The notes under the pieces were generated by a model, which did not search any database, was not told where the DNA came from, and saw only the letters and a program-made list of their open reading frames with translations. Below, piece after piece: positions 1 to 9,546 of a DNA stretch of 29,023 bases (position 1 is the first letter of the stretch; every line of letters starts with the position of its first letter). Source of the stretch: a virus (Duplodnaviria; Caudoviricetes); the IMG/VR virus record IMGVR_UViG_3300010157_000191, positions 1 through 29,023 of that record; one strand, 5' to 3'. A program made the position numbers and the translations under genes.

Positions 1-315
1 ATTTGGGTAGTTAATGATAGTAATCCAACTCCATATTCCTCAATAGGTACAAATGATATACCTGGTACATATAAGGTTTTATTTATGGAGGAAGTAGGTC
101 AAAAGACTTATCTAACTATAAACCAAGACCTAACTAGCCTCTATGGTAATCTTAGTGTTGATAATATCGAAACTGGACTTAGATTAACTGCTATATTCAG
201 AAATGCTAATTGGAAACAAGGAGTTTGGGTCAATGGTATATTTGAGAGTGGCTACTTTGAAGGCGGTATTTGGTATGGTGGTAGGTTCTCCACTGGGGCA
301 AGCTGGGGGAGATGA
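1..315 (+). CDS. 3' end of a larger gene (5'-truncated), with a Gly/Trp/Phe pentapeptide-like repeat C-terminus; probably a virion protein
   Basis: The frame of ORF 85..315 is open back to base 1 (IWVVNDSNPTPYS...). The C-terminus WKQGVWVNGIFESGYFEGGIWYGGRF has 5-residue periodicity. Confidence 0.6.
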   Translation: MWVVNDSNPTPYSSIGTNDIPGTYKVLFMEEVGQKTYLTINQDLTSLYGNLSVDNIETGLRLTAIFRNANWKQGVWVNGIFESGYFEGGIWYGGRFSTGASWGR

Positions 316-320
316 TAATT

Positions 321-329
321 TAATATATA
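321..329 (+). promoter_or_regulatory. putative late promoter TAATATATA
   Basis: Motif ends 4 nt before ATG 334 and recurs before 14 gene starts in the window. Confidence 0.65.
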
Positions 330-333
330 CAAT

Positions 334-1396
334 ATGATATTAAATAATCAAATAGATATAGTGTTGAATGGGTCCAATATTTCTAAATATAAAGAGAAGT
401 ATGGTAATGATATTAAAGTAAATACTAAAATAACAGTTGATATCTCAGATATACCTGACTATTCGAGTGTGATAATTGATTGTAAATGCGAGATATGTGG
501 TGTTGAATCTAGAATTTCAAGGGCTAATTATACCACAAATATTAAAAATGGTGGGTACTATGGGTGTAGAAAATGTAGTAGATTAAAGTCAAAAAAGACA
601 TGCTTTAGTATATATGGTGTAGAAAATGCTTTTCAATCAGAGGAAGTTAAGAATAAGATAAAGTCAAAAAATCTAGAAAAATATGGTGTTGAAAATACTT
701 TTCAATCAGAGGAAATTAAGAATAAGATAAAGTCAAAGAATCTAGAGAAATATGGGGGTGGTGTGTATTCACAAACTGATGATTTTATCAATAAGTTTAT
801 AAGAACCAATTTAGAAAGGTATGGTGTTAAATATCCGATGCAGTTGGATATTAACAAAGAGAAGTCTATAAATACTACTTTAAAAAAGTATGGAGTTCCT
901 TACTACTCACAGACTGATGAGTGTAAAGAAAGAATAATAACTACTAATTTGAAAAAATATGGTGTTTCTAATTATGCTAAGTTAGATGAGTGTAAGGATA
1001 AAATGAGGAATACTAATTTGGAAAGATATGGGTTTCCTTATGCTATACAATCTAATCTATTTCTAAATAAGGCATTAAAATGTAAGATTAAACAATATAA
1101 TGATGATTTATATTATCAGGGATCTTACGAAAGGGATTTTTTGGAAATATGTGATAAATTAAATTTATTACAGCTAGTTAAAAGGGGGTCCTAGTATAAA
1201 ATATGGGGATTGTGTTTATTTCTCTGACTTTATATTTGATAATAAACTAATAATTGAAATTAAATCCAGATACACTTATGATTTACATTTGGATAAAAAT
1301 TTACTAAAAATGAAATCTTGTGTAGATAATGGTTATGATTTCTTGTTTATAATTGATAAGGATTATATAGAATTTCTAAATTTTGTATTATATTAG
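334..1396 (+). pseudogene. homing-endonuclease-like gene (CxxC Zn motifs, KYGV repeats, C-terminal PD-(D/E)XK-like domain) interrupted by a +1 frameshift at about 1184-1194
   Basis: ORF 334..1194 stops at AGG GGG TCC TAG. The +1 frame continues GPSIKYGDCVYFSDFIFDNKLIIEIKSRYTY...FLFIIDKDY to TAG 1394-1396 and carries a nuclease-like D...EIK motif. Confidence 0.75.
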
Positions 1397-1873
1397 CCGG
1401 TTTATCAGCATGTCTCTGTACTCGATAGTTGGTATATCATCAACAAGAGATTTCTTTATTTCCTTAAAGTTGGGTTTATGTTTCCAGTATCCTATGATCT
1501 TGATATCATCTGTCCAGAATTGTATCTGTTCTGTTTCAACATCTCGTTCAGCTAAACACATCTCATAATTTATATCAGGATTTGATATATAATGATGAAA
1601 GTTTCGATAAGCTCTTGGTGATTCTATAAACTGTATTACTAACGCTTGATCCCATATGTTAAACTCAACGAATATTGCCAATATTGGTCTTGATATAGTC
1701 TTATCTTTTATATGTTGAAACAAAAACCAATCTCCGAATTTTAAATTTGGATTTTTTGACATACTTGTTGACTTTATAGAATTAGCATAAAAGCCATCCT
1801 TCATCAATGATTCATCAATGGTTGAGTATTGTCTAAACCAATTTACTGCCTCGTTATACTTATTGAATACCAT
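1388..1873 (-). CDS. hypothetical protein with C-terminal RDMLINRLI motif
   Basis: 161-aa ORF with a TAATTTTG element 4 nt upstream of the ATG. Confidence 0.75.
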   Translation of the reverse strand: MVFNKYNEAVNWFRQYSTIDESLMKDGFYANSIKSTSMSKNPNLKFGDWFLFQHIKDKTISRPILAIFVEFNIWDQALVIQFIESPRAYRNFHHYISNPDINYEMCLAERDVETEQIQFWTDDIKIIGYWKHKPNFKEIKKSLVDDIPTIEYRDMLINRLI

Positions 1874-1877
1874 TTTA

Positions 1878-1885
1878 CAAAATTA
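1878..1885 (-). promoter_or_regulatory. possible Bacteroidota sigma-A -7 element (TAATTTTG)
   Basis: Matches TAnnTTTG with the same 4-nt distance to ATG as at 24036. The -33 partner is weak (TTG at 22 nt). Confidence 0.4.
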
Positions 1886-2188
1886 AAGAATACTTTTAAT
1901 ATTACCACAATATATCTTAACTAATTCTGATAAAATATCACCGTGACAAGATTTTGGTTTGCACCAACATCCTAGAGTCTTTCCCTTTAACTCATGTAAG
2001 TCATTTAGTAGGTGTTTACCATCACCCTTTGTTATCCACTCTTGGTAGTTACTTATTGCCTCTTTTCTTGATGCTACTTTATACTTAGCGAGAGTGCTAT
2101 CTTTATGTGAGAATGGATTGCCCCACTTGGTGGTTCTATCTATTAAGATGTCATATTCATCTTTCCTACAATGAACTATTTTACACAT
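1883..2188 (-). CDS. DUF4326-like protein
   Basis: Motifs VHC..YDILIDR.TKWGNPF and ELKGKTLGCWCKP..CHGD. Confidence 0.8.
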   Translation of the reverse strand: MCKIVHCRKDEYDILIDRTTKWGNPFSHKDSTLAKYKVASRKEAISNYQEWITKGDGKHLLNDLHELKGKTLGCWCKPKSCHGDILSELVKIYCGNIKSIL

Positions 2189-2190
2189 AA

Positions 2191-2556
2191 TTAAAGTGAA
2201 TGTAATCCCTGTCCATCGTTTGATGAATCAATACTGATTACTCTGATTAGATTTTCGTTATCGCCTTTCTTTTTGTAGATTTCATTGAATCCTTTGGCGA
2301 GTCCTCTTTTAAATACTTCGGTGAAGTATGCGAATGGGTTGTCTGATTTTTCCTCATTAAAATTGTACCAGTTTGCGAACATATCAAGTAGTCCACTTTG
2401 ATAACAGTCTTGTCGGTCATCATTGTTCCAGTATCTCATCTTTTTAATGGTTCTTTTTGCTAGTATCTCTAGCATTAACTTAGATTTGTTGGTTAGTTTA
2501 CCTTGAGCCTTTGATATAATTATCTCAGCATATAAATCTTTATTGTGTAAGTACAT
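2191..2556 (-). CDS. gp55: T4 gp55-like late transcription sigma factor
   Basis: YLxNKDL N-terminus and NFNEEKSDNPFAYFTE motif typical of gp55; short at 121 aa. Confidence 0.8.
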   Translation of the reverse strand: MYLHNKDLYAEIIISKAQGKLTNKSKLMLEILAKRTIKKMRYWNNDDRQDCYQSGLLDMFANWYNFNEEKSDNPFAYFTEVFKRGLAKGFNEIYKKKGDNENLIRVISIDSSNDGQGLHSL

Positions 2557-2586
2557 CAGTTCATATTATTTTTATTTGATTAATAA

Positions 2587-2613
2587 GTATATTAAATATT
2601 AAATAGTTTGTTT
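2587..2613 (-). promoter_or_regulatory. putative middle promoter AAAC-N17-ATATAC
   Basis: One-mismatch copy of the AAAC-N16/17-ATATAA motif upstream of gp55. Confidence 0.45.
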
Positions 2614-2633
2614 TCTATAAACGTCTTATCAAT

Positions 2634-2668
2634 AAAAAAAAGAGAGATTAGTTTATAATCTCTCTTTT
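2634..2668 (-). terminator. intrinsic terminator after the 427-aa gene
   Basis: Stem AAAAGAGAGATTA / TAATCTCTCTTTT with loop GTTTA; the A-run gives a U-tract on the minus strand. Confidence 0.8.
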
Positions 2669-2685
2669 CTATAATAGTTATGTAA

Positions 2686-3969
2686 TTATGCTCTACTTCT
2701 CTCTTTATATTGAGTTTGTTTTACAACTTGTAGATCATTTTCAAGAGTTTCTTTTCTCTTCTCTAAATTAGTTAGAGCAGTTGTAAGAACATTTGATTCT
2801 CCAATATATTGGATAGATGTTTTTACTTTACTGATGTTAAATTTAACATCTTCTAATTTAAGAGTAATTTCTCTTTCTTTATCTTCTAATTTTCTCTTAA
2901 CGATTAACTCTTTACCTAATTTATTTTCATAGAAATAAGTTAAGTCATAGTTTAATTCGTTTCTTACTTCATTAACCAATTCGATTGGAGATTCATAAGA
3001 GAAGAATGAGTTACCATATCTTTCATCACATCTATAAACATAATTATTGTTTTTGTAGTTGAAAGCGAATACTTCAAGATGCGGGTTAACTAAGTTAGAT
3101 ACTCTTTTAACAACATCCATTTCAACAAACTTATCTAAGTTGTTAGCAGTTTCTAATATAATAGGATAAAAGTTTTTATTTACTATTGGGATAATTGGAG
3201 AGCTAAATAAGCTTTCTAATGTTGATTCTTTATTTAATTCATCTTCATTGATGAAAATTACACCTTTCTTAGGAACTGATAAACCAATTGTTAAGTTTTC
3301 AGAAACTCTAAAGTTTACTCTATCATCCGATATTTCAGAATACTTCATTGCAGTTTCTAATGTTCTTAAAACTCTTAGTTTTTGATCATCAGTGATGTGA
3401 GTTTCTAAAAGAGTTTTTTCGATATTATTCTCAGATAATAAGAACCATGATTCTTTAATTAGACAAAGATAACCATTCTCAACTTGCTCAACAAGCGAGA
3501 AGATTGATTCGCCTTTACCACCAGATAATAGGTTAGCCTTTTGCTCTGGAGATTTTGTCAAATTATGAACAAATAATTTAATTTCAGGTACCCAGTCATA
3601 AACTGCAAGCTCATTAAGAACTTTTGATAGTCTATCTTGATCACTTTCTAAGTTAATAGTTTGTAGAAGTACATTGATAGGTTGTCTGTATAATTCACCT
3701 TGATTCTTACCATTTAAAACATTATATAAATGCTTTAATTCATAAACAAGTTGATACTCCTTCATATCGATGTTTAGAGACTCTAAAAATCCCTTAACTT
3801 CTTTATCAAACGTGAAAGGTTTAAGTCTTTCGTTTAGAGAAGTGATAATTTGTTTTTCTGAAACTTCATTGCATAAGCTGATGTAGGAATCAACGATCAT
3901 AGAAACATCTTCCTGATCAACGCCTATTTTTTTTCTGAAATTAAATAGTTCTAATTTAATATTCTTCAT
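2686..3969 (-). CDS. hypothetical protein, probably abundant late or structural, with C-terminal coiled coil
   Basis: 427-aa ORF with its own late-type motif and terminator; C-terminus is heptad-like and rich in E/K/L. Confidence 0.7.
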   Translation of the reverse strand: MKNIKLELFNFRKKIGVDQEDVSMIVDSYISLCNEVSEKQIITSLNERLKPFTFDKEVKGFLESLNIDMKEYQLVYELKHLYNVLNGKNQGELYRQPINVLLQTINLESDQDRLSKVLNELAVYDWVPEIKLFVHNLTKSPEQKANLLSGGKGESIFSLVEQVENGYLCLIKESWFLLSENNIEKTLLETHITDDQKLRVLRTLETAMKYSEISDDRVNFRVSENLTIGLSVPKKGVIFINEDELNKESTLESLFSSPIIPIVNKNFYPIILETANNLDKFVEMDVVKRVSNLVNPHLEVFAFNYKNNNYVYRCDERYGNSFFSYESPIELVNEVRNELNYDLTYFYENKLGKELIVKRKLEDKEREITLKLEDVKFNISKVKTSIQYIGESNVLTTALTNLEKRKETLENDLQVVKQTQYKERSRA

Positions 3970-4001
3970 AGTAAATATTTTTTTTTATTTTATCTTTATA
4001 C

Positions 4002-4010
4002 TATATATTA
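4002..4010 (-). promoter_or_regulatory. putative late promoter TAATATATA
   Basis: Motif upstream of ATG 3969. Confidence 0.6.
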
Positions 4011-4041
4011 TAAATGAAAAGTCACTTTTTTCTTATTTCTA

Positions 4042-4794
4042 TTACTTAATTGGCTTATCATTATTATCCGATATATTGTTAGGTCCACCAGCACCTCTAG
4101 ATATGATTAAATTGTTATACCACCTTGTTCTCTTAGGGTTTACAAAATTCCCATCACTATCATTTAACTGTCTAAATGCTGGGTAATATGTATGTACCTC
4201 AAATGAGCAGGTTAGTTTAATAGAATTGTCGGATGCCATATTTGACTCTCTTGACATTTCTATTTGATTAGTATCTGGTAGTATCAGCATTGCATCTATG
4301 TTCATATAGTTGTGCTCAAAATACATGTATCTGTATAACCAAAGTGTATTTATTATAGACTGACTACACTTAAAGGAGTCAATCTCACTATTTAGCAAAA
4401 CTACTAAATCATACTTAACTGATATAGGAACGGCTCTTATCTTAGTTAGCATTTTCTTTACCTCTGCTTCATCCTCAACAACCATTCTTAGCCAGACATT
4501 TGGGTTTGACATTTCATCACTTTTTATATCGAATCCTGTCATGGTTAAATGACCTCTTGGTATAACATCAGTGTTTAGCTCAACATATCTATTGTTTGAT
4601 ACAACATCATCCGTAAATGAATCTAATAAGAATCTTTCATTTCCGGTCATTGAGTAATAGAAGGGTACATTTACATCAATTGTACCTGATGTAAATTTGT
4701 TTTTCCACTTTACCTCACCTTCGAGTGTATCTAATACACATACAGTTAAATCCCTGAAAAAACAATCCTCAAAATTAGATCTTTCACCTATCAT
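4042..4794 (-). CDS. gp15: T4 gp15-like tail terminator / sheath stabilizer
   Basis: Size and motifs (VPFYY...ERFL, IPRG, AVPISVKYDL) resemble the gp15 family; ATGA overlap with the upstream gene. Confidence 0.6.
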   Translation of the reverse strand: MIGERSNFEDCFFRDLTVCVLDTLEGEVKWKNKFTSGTIDVNVPFYYSMTGNERFLLDSFTDDVVSNNRYVELNTDVIPRGHLTMTGFDIKSDEMSNPNVWLRMVVEDEAEVKKMLTKIRAVPISVKYDLVVLLNSEIDSFKCSQSIINTLWLYRYMYFEHNYMNIDAMLILPDTNQIEMSRESNMASDNSIKLTCSFEVHTYYPAFRQLNDSDGNFVNPKRTRWYNNLIISRGAGGPNNISDNNDKPIK

Positions 4795-5708
4795 AGTTTA
4801 TAATTATTTTTAATTGAATCTTTGTAATCCGATTCCCATATTGATATTATCTTATATCCGATTTTTTCTATTTCCATTTGTCGAGTAATTGTTCTATTAT
4901 ATAGTTCTCCAAACGTTAGCCCATTTACTCTATTAATATCATTCTTATTATATACTTTTGGATTTCCATGCCAGAAATCACCATAAAATTCATATACCAA
5001 TTTATTATTAATATCAACACCATCCACAAAAAATTTACCTATTTTGAACTGTCTGTAATCCTTTGGTATATTATAAGTATCTAACCAGATATTTTCTATC
5101 TTACCTCCATTTCGATTACAATTTCTACAACCTTGTCCTCTCAAATGTGCATTAGGAGACATTTGAAAAACACCATGTTTTTCACATATAATAGAAACTT
5201 TTTTATTATAATTAAAATCGCAGATTAATGAATAATCATATCTGTTATTATGTAATAAATTAGCTTTATATATGAATTCTTCATTTGTTAATTTACCTTT
5301 TCCAATTGAATTACATTTTGGACATCCGCCAGTCTTTGATTCTAGATGTTTCATAGGAGATTGTTGAAATTCTATATTGTGTTTATTACATTTAATTATA
5401 ACTTTATTCCTCATCTTAACATAATCCACTTTAGAATAATCATACAAGTCACCGAACTTATTTTGGAATTCTGATATTATATCAGATATTTTATTTTTTC
5501 TTCTAGATGATCTCTTTATCAAACCACAATCTGGGCACCCACTTTTATAATGGGAATTGGGTACTTGTAAAAACTCACCATGTCGTGGACAAAGTATCAA
5601 TACTTTTGTTATATCGTTAATATAGCAAACTAAGGAATAATCATATTTATTATTATGTATAATATTTGCTTTTTCCACAAATTGTTGTAATGTAAGTTTC
5701 TTACTCAT
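4791..5708 (-). CDS. putative homing endonuclease with three Zn-binding repeats and a Vsr/EDxHD-like nuclease domain
   Basis: Three YDYS...C..H..F...H...GCxxC repeats; C-terminal VDG...YEFYGDFWHG...IWES. Confidence 0.8.
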   Translation of the reverse strand: MSKKLTLQQFVEKANIIHNNKYDYSLVCYINDITKVLILCPRHGEFLQVPNSHYKSGCPDCGLIKRSSRRKNKISDIISEFQNKFGDLYDYSKVDYVKMRNKVIIKCNKHNIEFQQSPMKHLESKTGGCPKCNSIGKGKLTNEEFIYKANLLHNNRYDYSLICDFNYNKKVSIICEKHGVFQMSPNAHLRGQGCRNCNRNGGKIENIWLDTYNIPKDYRQFKIGKFFVDGVDINNKLVYEFYGDFWHGNPKVYNKNDINRVNGLTFGELYNRTITRQMEIEKIGYKIISIWESDYKDSIKNNYKL

Positions 5709-5713
5709 TTAAT

Positions 5714-5751
5714 TATATATTAAAATTAATACTTTCCTTTTTTAATATATA
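5714..5751. promoter_or_regulatory. divergent pair of putative late promoters
   Basis: TAATATATA on minus (5714-5722) and plus (5743-5751), each 5 nt from its ATG. Confidence 0.7.
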
Positions 5752-5756
5752 AATTA

Positions 5757-6446
5757 ATGAGATATCTAAAAACTTTTGAGTCAAGTGAGCCAACGATAAG
5801 AGAAAAGGTCGAGAGACTCGTTGAGATATACAACTACCTCTGGGATAATCATATTGAAGATCCTGAAAACTTGACAGGTAAGCTATCAGTTATATTTATG
5901 GCATATGCTAAGCCACTACCTCATTCTACCTTTGGAAAACCGTATGAGTTTATGATAGATAAACTTATTACGAACCTGGAGACTAAAAGCTATAGAAGAG
6001 AAGAGAAAATAGGTAGCATAAACGAATTGTATAACAAAATGAAAGATATCCCAAAGTTTGATAGAACTGGACGAGATATATATTCAATGATGCTACCGCT
6101 TATTGAGGCTGAGGTAGATGGTGGTAAACTATTTACAAATAATTATAATATAGCATACTGTTATACATATGATTTCCGGTATAGTAAATACATAGCAAAC
6201 TATCTTTTGAAGTTAAGAATTGATGAAGAGTATTATGATATATCACCTGATCAAGCTCATCGGCTAAGTAATAAAGATAGAGCACAGTATGAAACCATGT
6301 TTTATAAGTATAAACTATTCATAACGGAGCTTATCAAAGATATTGACCCAGCTAAATATGGATTTAATTATAGATTGTCTAACTATAGCCCTGATTTATA
6401 TAAGATTGAAATCTATTTCACCTCAACCAAACAAACCATTTTATAA
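5757..6446 (+). CDS. hypothetical protein with N-terminal MRYLKTFE leader; candidate internal head protein
   Basis: 229-aa ORF behind a late-type motif; leader resembles the T4 capsid-targeting sequence. Confidence 0.7.
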   Translation: MRYLKTFESSEPTIREKVERLVEIYNYLWDNHIEDPENLTGKLSVIFMAYAKPLPHSTFGKPYEFMIDKLITNLETKSYRREEKIGSINELYNKMKDIPKFDRTGRDIYSMMLPLIEAEVDGGKLFTNNYNIAYCYTYDFRYSKYIANYLLKLRIDEEYYDISPDQAHRLSNKDRAQYETMFYKYKLFITELIKDIDPAKYGFNYRLSNYSPDLYKIEIYFTSTKQTIL

Positions 6447-6458
6447 TTCGTAATATAA
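6433..6458 (+). promoter_or_regulatory. putative middle promoter AAAC-N16-ATATAA
   Basis: AAAC 6433-6436 and ATATAA 6453-6458, upstream of the clamp loader. Confidence 0.55.
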
Positions 6459-6473
6459 TAACAAAGTTATATT

Positions 6474-7457
6474 ATGAAAGAGTTGCTACTATCCGAGAAG
6501 TGGCGTCCCAAAAAGATTGAGGATGCTATCATTCTACCAAGAATACAGAAGATATTTGAAAAGGGAATTACACAAAACATTATACTATTCGGATCATTCG
6601 GTACCGGAAAAACCACACTATCTAGAATATTAGTAGGTAAGTATCTTAAAAACAAGCCATTTATGGAGCTGAATGGATCTTTTTTTACATCAATTGACAT
6701 TCTTCGCACAAAGGTTGATGATTTCTGCTCAAGAGTTTACATGGGATTGGACCTAAACGACGATAATATAAAGTCTGATGATATGAAATATGTTTTGATT
6801 GATGAGTGTGATAGGTTATCTATTCAATTTCAAGATGGATTAAAAGCATATATTGAAGAGTACTCTGCAAAGAATGTGCGCTTTATATTTATAACTAACC
6901 ATATAAGCAAAGTATCACCAGGTGTTCTGTCAAGACTGACCCCAGTAAATTTTGATTGTATAAATACCGATGAAGAAAAGTTTTTAAAACAATCTCTTTA
7001 TAAGAGAGTTATGAAGGTTATTGCCCCTGCGGAGGAAATAACTATTGATAAGGAAACACTTGTTAAAATAATAAACAGAACATTTCCTGATTTTCGTTCA
7101 TTTATGAATGAACTGCAAGTTTTTAAGGAGACTGGCGAAAGTTCAGTTGGTTTGAGTACGGTAAATATAAAATTGAGAAATGAGTTATACTCTATCATCT
7201 ATGATAAATCATTAGATTATGAGTATATTTATCACTTCCTGATGGATAAATTTGGTGGTGATAAAATAGATGAGATGATAAATCTATTTGGTAAATCATT
7301 TATTCAATGGTCATTTAGTGAGAAACGAGAGAATATAGATAAGCTTTTTCAAGTTAGTTATATAATACCCGAGCATATAAGACTTTTAGAAACTAGCACA
7401 GATCCAATCATTGTGGGTATGTCATTGATTGGTAAACTGAGAGAGATATTTGATTAA
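6474..7457 (+). CDS. gp44: sliding-clamp loader AAA+ ATPase (gp44/RFC-like)
   Basis: EKWRPK N-terminus, Walker A GSFGTGKT, Walker B LIDECD, SRL arginine finger, FPDFR sensor-2. Confidence 0.9.
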   Translation: MKELLLSEKWRPKKIEDAIILPRIQKIFEKGITQNIILFGSFGTGKTTLSRILVGKYLKNKPFMELNGSFFTSIDILRTKVDDFCSRVYMGLDLNDDNIKSDDMKYVLIDECDRLSIQFQDGLKAYIEEYSAKNVRFIFITNHISKVSPGVLSRLTPVNFDCINTDEEKFLKQSLYKRVMKVIAPAEEITIDKETLVKIINRTFPDFRSFMNELQVFKETGESSVGLSTVNIKLRNELYSIIYDKSLDYEYIYHFLMDKFGGDKIDEMINLFGKSFIQWSFSEKRENIDKLFQVSYIIPEHIRLLETSTDPIIVGMSLIGKLREIFD

Positions 7458-7475
7458 TATGTGTATATTATTTTT

Positions 7476-7484
7476 TTATATATA
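7476..7484 (+). promoter_or_regulatory. putative late promoter TTATATATA
   Basis: 5 nt before ATG 7490. Confidence 0.6.
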
Positions 7485-7489
7485 CTGTT

Positions 7490-7885
7490 ATGAATTCATT
7501 CGACTTTAGAGATTTCTACATTAAATATCCGGGTCATCCAAACTATGTTAGTACTGACTTAGTTGAGGATGATATTATTTCTGTCATAATACAGAAATAT
7601 GAGATGATATTATTTACAAATAAGGGTGAAGTACTTGGTGACCCAGATTTCGGTGCGGATTTAGAAAAACTTTTATTTGATACTAAGGTTTCTGGGTCAC
7701 ACGTTGAATCTGTTATTATACAAGAGATAGCAACTTATATACCTGAGTTAGTTAATATGAACTACTCACTACAAGTTGTATTCTCTCAAGATCCATATAA
7801 CTATCAAGATATGATGTATATTTATTTCAAATTAGCTGACTATGAAGTATATGCTGAAATAGGAAATAAATATCCAGGCTACTAG
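7490..7885 (+). CDS. gp25: gp25-like baseplate wedge protein
   Basis: ILFTNKGEVLGDPDFGADL..LLF motif of the gp25/GPW family. Confidence 0.85.
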   Translation: MNSFDFRDFYIKYPGHPNYVSTDLVEDDIISVIIQKYEMILFTNKGEVLGDPDFGADLEKLLFDTKVSGSHVESVIIQEIATYIPELVNMNYSLQVVFSQDPYNYQDMMYIYFKLADYEVYAEIGNKYPGY

Positions 7886-8751
7886 TTAATTTTTTGAAGT
7901 ATCTCATCAAATGCAAACTGCACCTTATTATTAAGCCCATGTGGAAGCTTTTCTGAACACTTATATCCCTTCAAATCTTTGATGTTATCAAAATAGATCC
8001 TTAAAAGATGCAAATCATTCCATCTAAAAAAATCGATTTTTCTTTCTTTACCTGTTAACTCTTTACTGGCATATCCTATATCAAAAAATATTGAATTATC
8101 TATCTCTTTCTTATCAATTATATTGAAGAATCTAACATCATGTTCCCTCAAAGTTTTATAAGTATCTTCTCTTCTAATACATTGTGAAGTGTGTGTTAAA
8201 TGAATCGCACCTTCATAAGATAATATCTCATATACTAAGTATATATTATCTTCATATAAGATATCCCAATCTTTGTGATGTGTTATTAGGTTACCTAATT
8301 CTCCATTTATAACTTTAATAAAGTCTTCAGCGGACTCAATTTTATTAGAAATGGTTATTTTATCTACATTTGATATGTCAATATTATTTGTAACAACATA
8401 ATCTGCAATTATGTTAATATCTAATTTAGCTGTTATATTATTCTCTTTTCTAATACGATTTATATAGATTATATTTTTTGCCATCTCTATATCATGTATA
8501 AGCCTTGATAAGCTCTTATACTCATCAATTGATGTTCTTAGTTTAATACTACCGATATTATCAGCGACCCATTGAATACTTCTCTCGTCAAAGTTGGACT
8601 CTATATAAAACTCAGTTAGCTTACCAATATAGCCTGATAATACCTGCTCTCTTATTCTTGTAATAAAATCAACTTGTTCTGGTGTTAGCTCATGTTTCTT
8701 GATAAGAAACTCAGACTTTTTAAAGTTCTCAAATAGTTGTATATATCTCAT
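7882..8751 (-). CDS. hypothetical protein with N-terminal MRYIQLFE leader; candidate internal head protein
   Basis: 289-aa ORF, 2 nt downstream of the 244-aa gene in a late-type unit. Confidence 0.7.
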   Translation of the reverse strand: MRYIQLFENFKKSEFLIKKHELTPEQVDFITRIREQVLSGYIGKLTEFYIESNFDERSIQWVADNIGSIKLRTSIDEYKSLSRLIHDIEMAKNIIYINRIRKENNITAKLDINIIADYVVTNNIDISNVDKITISNKIESAEDFIKVINGELGNLITHHKDWDILYEDNIYLVYEILSYEGAIHLTHTSQCIRREDTYKTLREHDVRFFNIIDKKEIDNSIFFDIGYASKELTGKERKIDFFRWNDLHLLRIYFDNIKDLKGYKCSEKLPHGLNNKVQFAFDEILQKIN

Positions 8752-8753
8752 AA

Positions 8754-9488
8754 TTAAATAAAAGGATTATCAATTGGACCGTTATCATCAAATAATTCAA
8801 GCTTTACGCTGTCATCATAAGAAAATGCTTTAGATGCAGAAGTTTTATTGAAAATAATATTTCCATTTTCATCAGATACACGTATATCTCCACCTGGACC
8901 TGTATACCTATTAAGTATTCCTGATACCTCTACCCCTCTATAATAGAGATGACATTTTATCTCATGGTTTAATATCCTTCTCTTAAATTCCTTTTTAACT
9001 CTTATTAACTCAGGATCTCTTAGTCTCTCACGCTTTTCTGTGTTTCTTTCCCTATCAAGCTTCTTTTTCATACCCTCTGTTTCTAAGTATTTGGCATTAG
9101 GTACTCTTAATATTATCTCGTAGTATTGGTTTTCTGAATCATATTTTCCTATACACCACTCTTCATTATTACTTACGGGTATATTTGTCTTACAATGGAT
9201 TTCATCATCTTTCTTTGATATAAAATTCCAATGATCAGAAGCTCTATAACTAGCACCTGGTTTATAATCATATGATGTTTTATCAGTTGAATAGAAAGAA
9301 TTTGATAATGGTGATTTCATTATAATATGCCATTTCTTTAACTCCTCTATTATTTCTTCTGGTAAGTCATATTTATATAACTCATCCACTTCTACTTTTT
9401 TAGTAACTAGTCTATCTTTGTTTCTTTCAAACCAATCTCTATTTTTTTTACCCTCCATTATGAGGAAGCTATTCCAATTTAATATCAT
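8754..9488 (-). CDS. hypothetical protein with N-terminal MILNWNSFLIME leader
   Basis: 244-aa ORF with a late-type motif 5 nt upstream. Confidence 0.7.
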   Translation of the reverse strand: MILNWNSFLIMEGKKNRDWFERNKDRLVTKKVEVDELYKYDLPEEIIEELKKWHIIMKSPLSNSFYSTDKTSYDYKPGASYRASDHWNFISKKDDEIHCKTNIPVSNNEEWCIGKYDSENQYYEIILRVPNAKYLETEGMKKKLDRERNTEKRERLRDPELIRVKKEFKRRILNHEIKCHLYYRGVEVSGILNRYTGPGGDIRVSDENGNIIFNKTSASKAFSYDDSVKLELFDDNGPIDNPFI

Positions 9489-9493
9489 ATCAC

Positions 9494-9528
9494 TATATAT
9501 AAAACTTTTCAGATTAGAAATCTTATAA
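9494..9528. promoter_or_regulatory. back-to-back late (minus, TTATATATA 9494-9502) and middle (plus, AAAC-N17-TTATAA 9502-9528) motifs
   Basis: Both motifs lie in a 58-bp divergent intergenic region. Confidence 0.5.
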
Positions 9529-9546
9529 TACTAAGAATATAATAAT

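Noticed and set aside
1192-1230. TAG stop-codon reassignment (alternative genetic code)
   Set aside because: Reading through TAG 1192 hits TGA within about ten codons; the continuation is in the +1 frame, and core genes are intact in the standard code.
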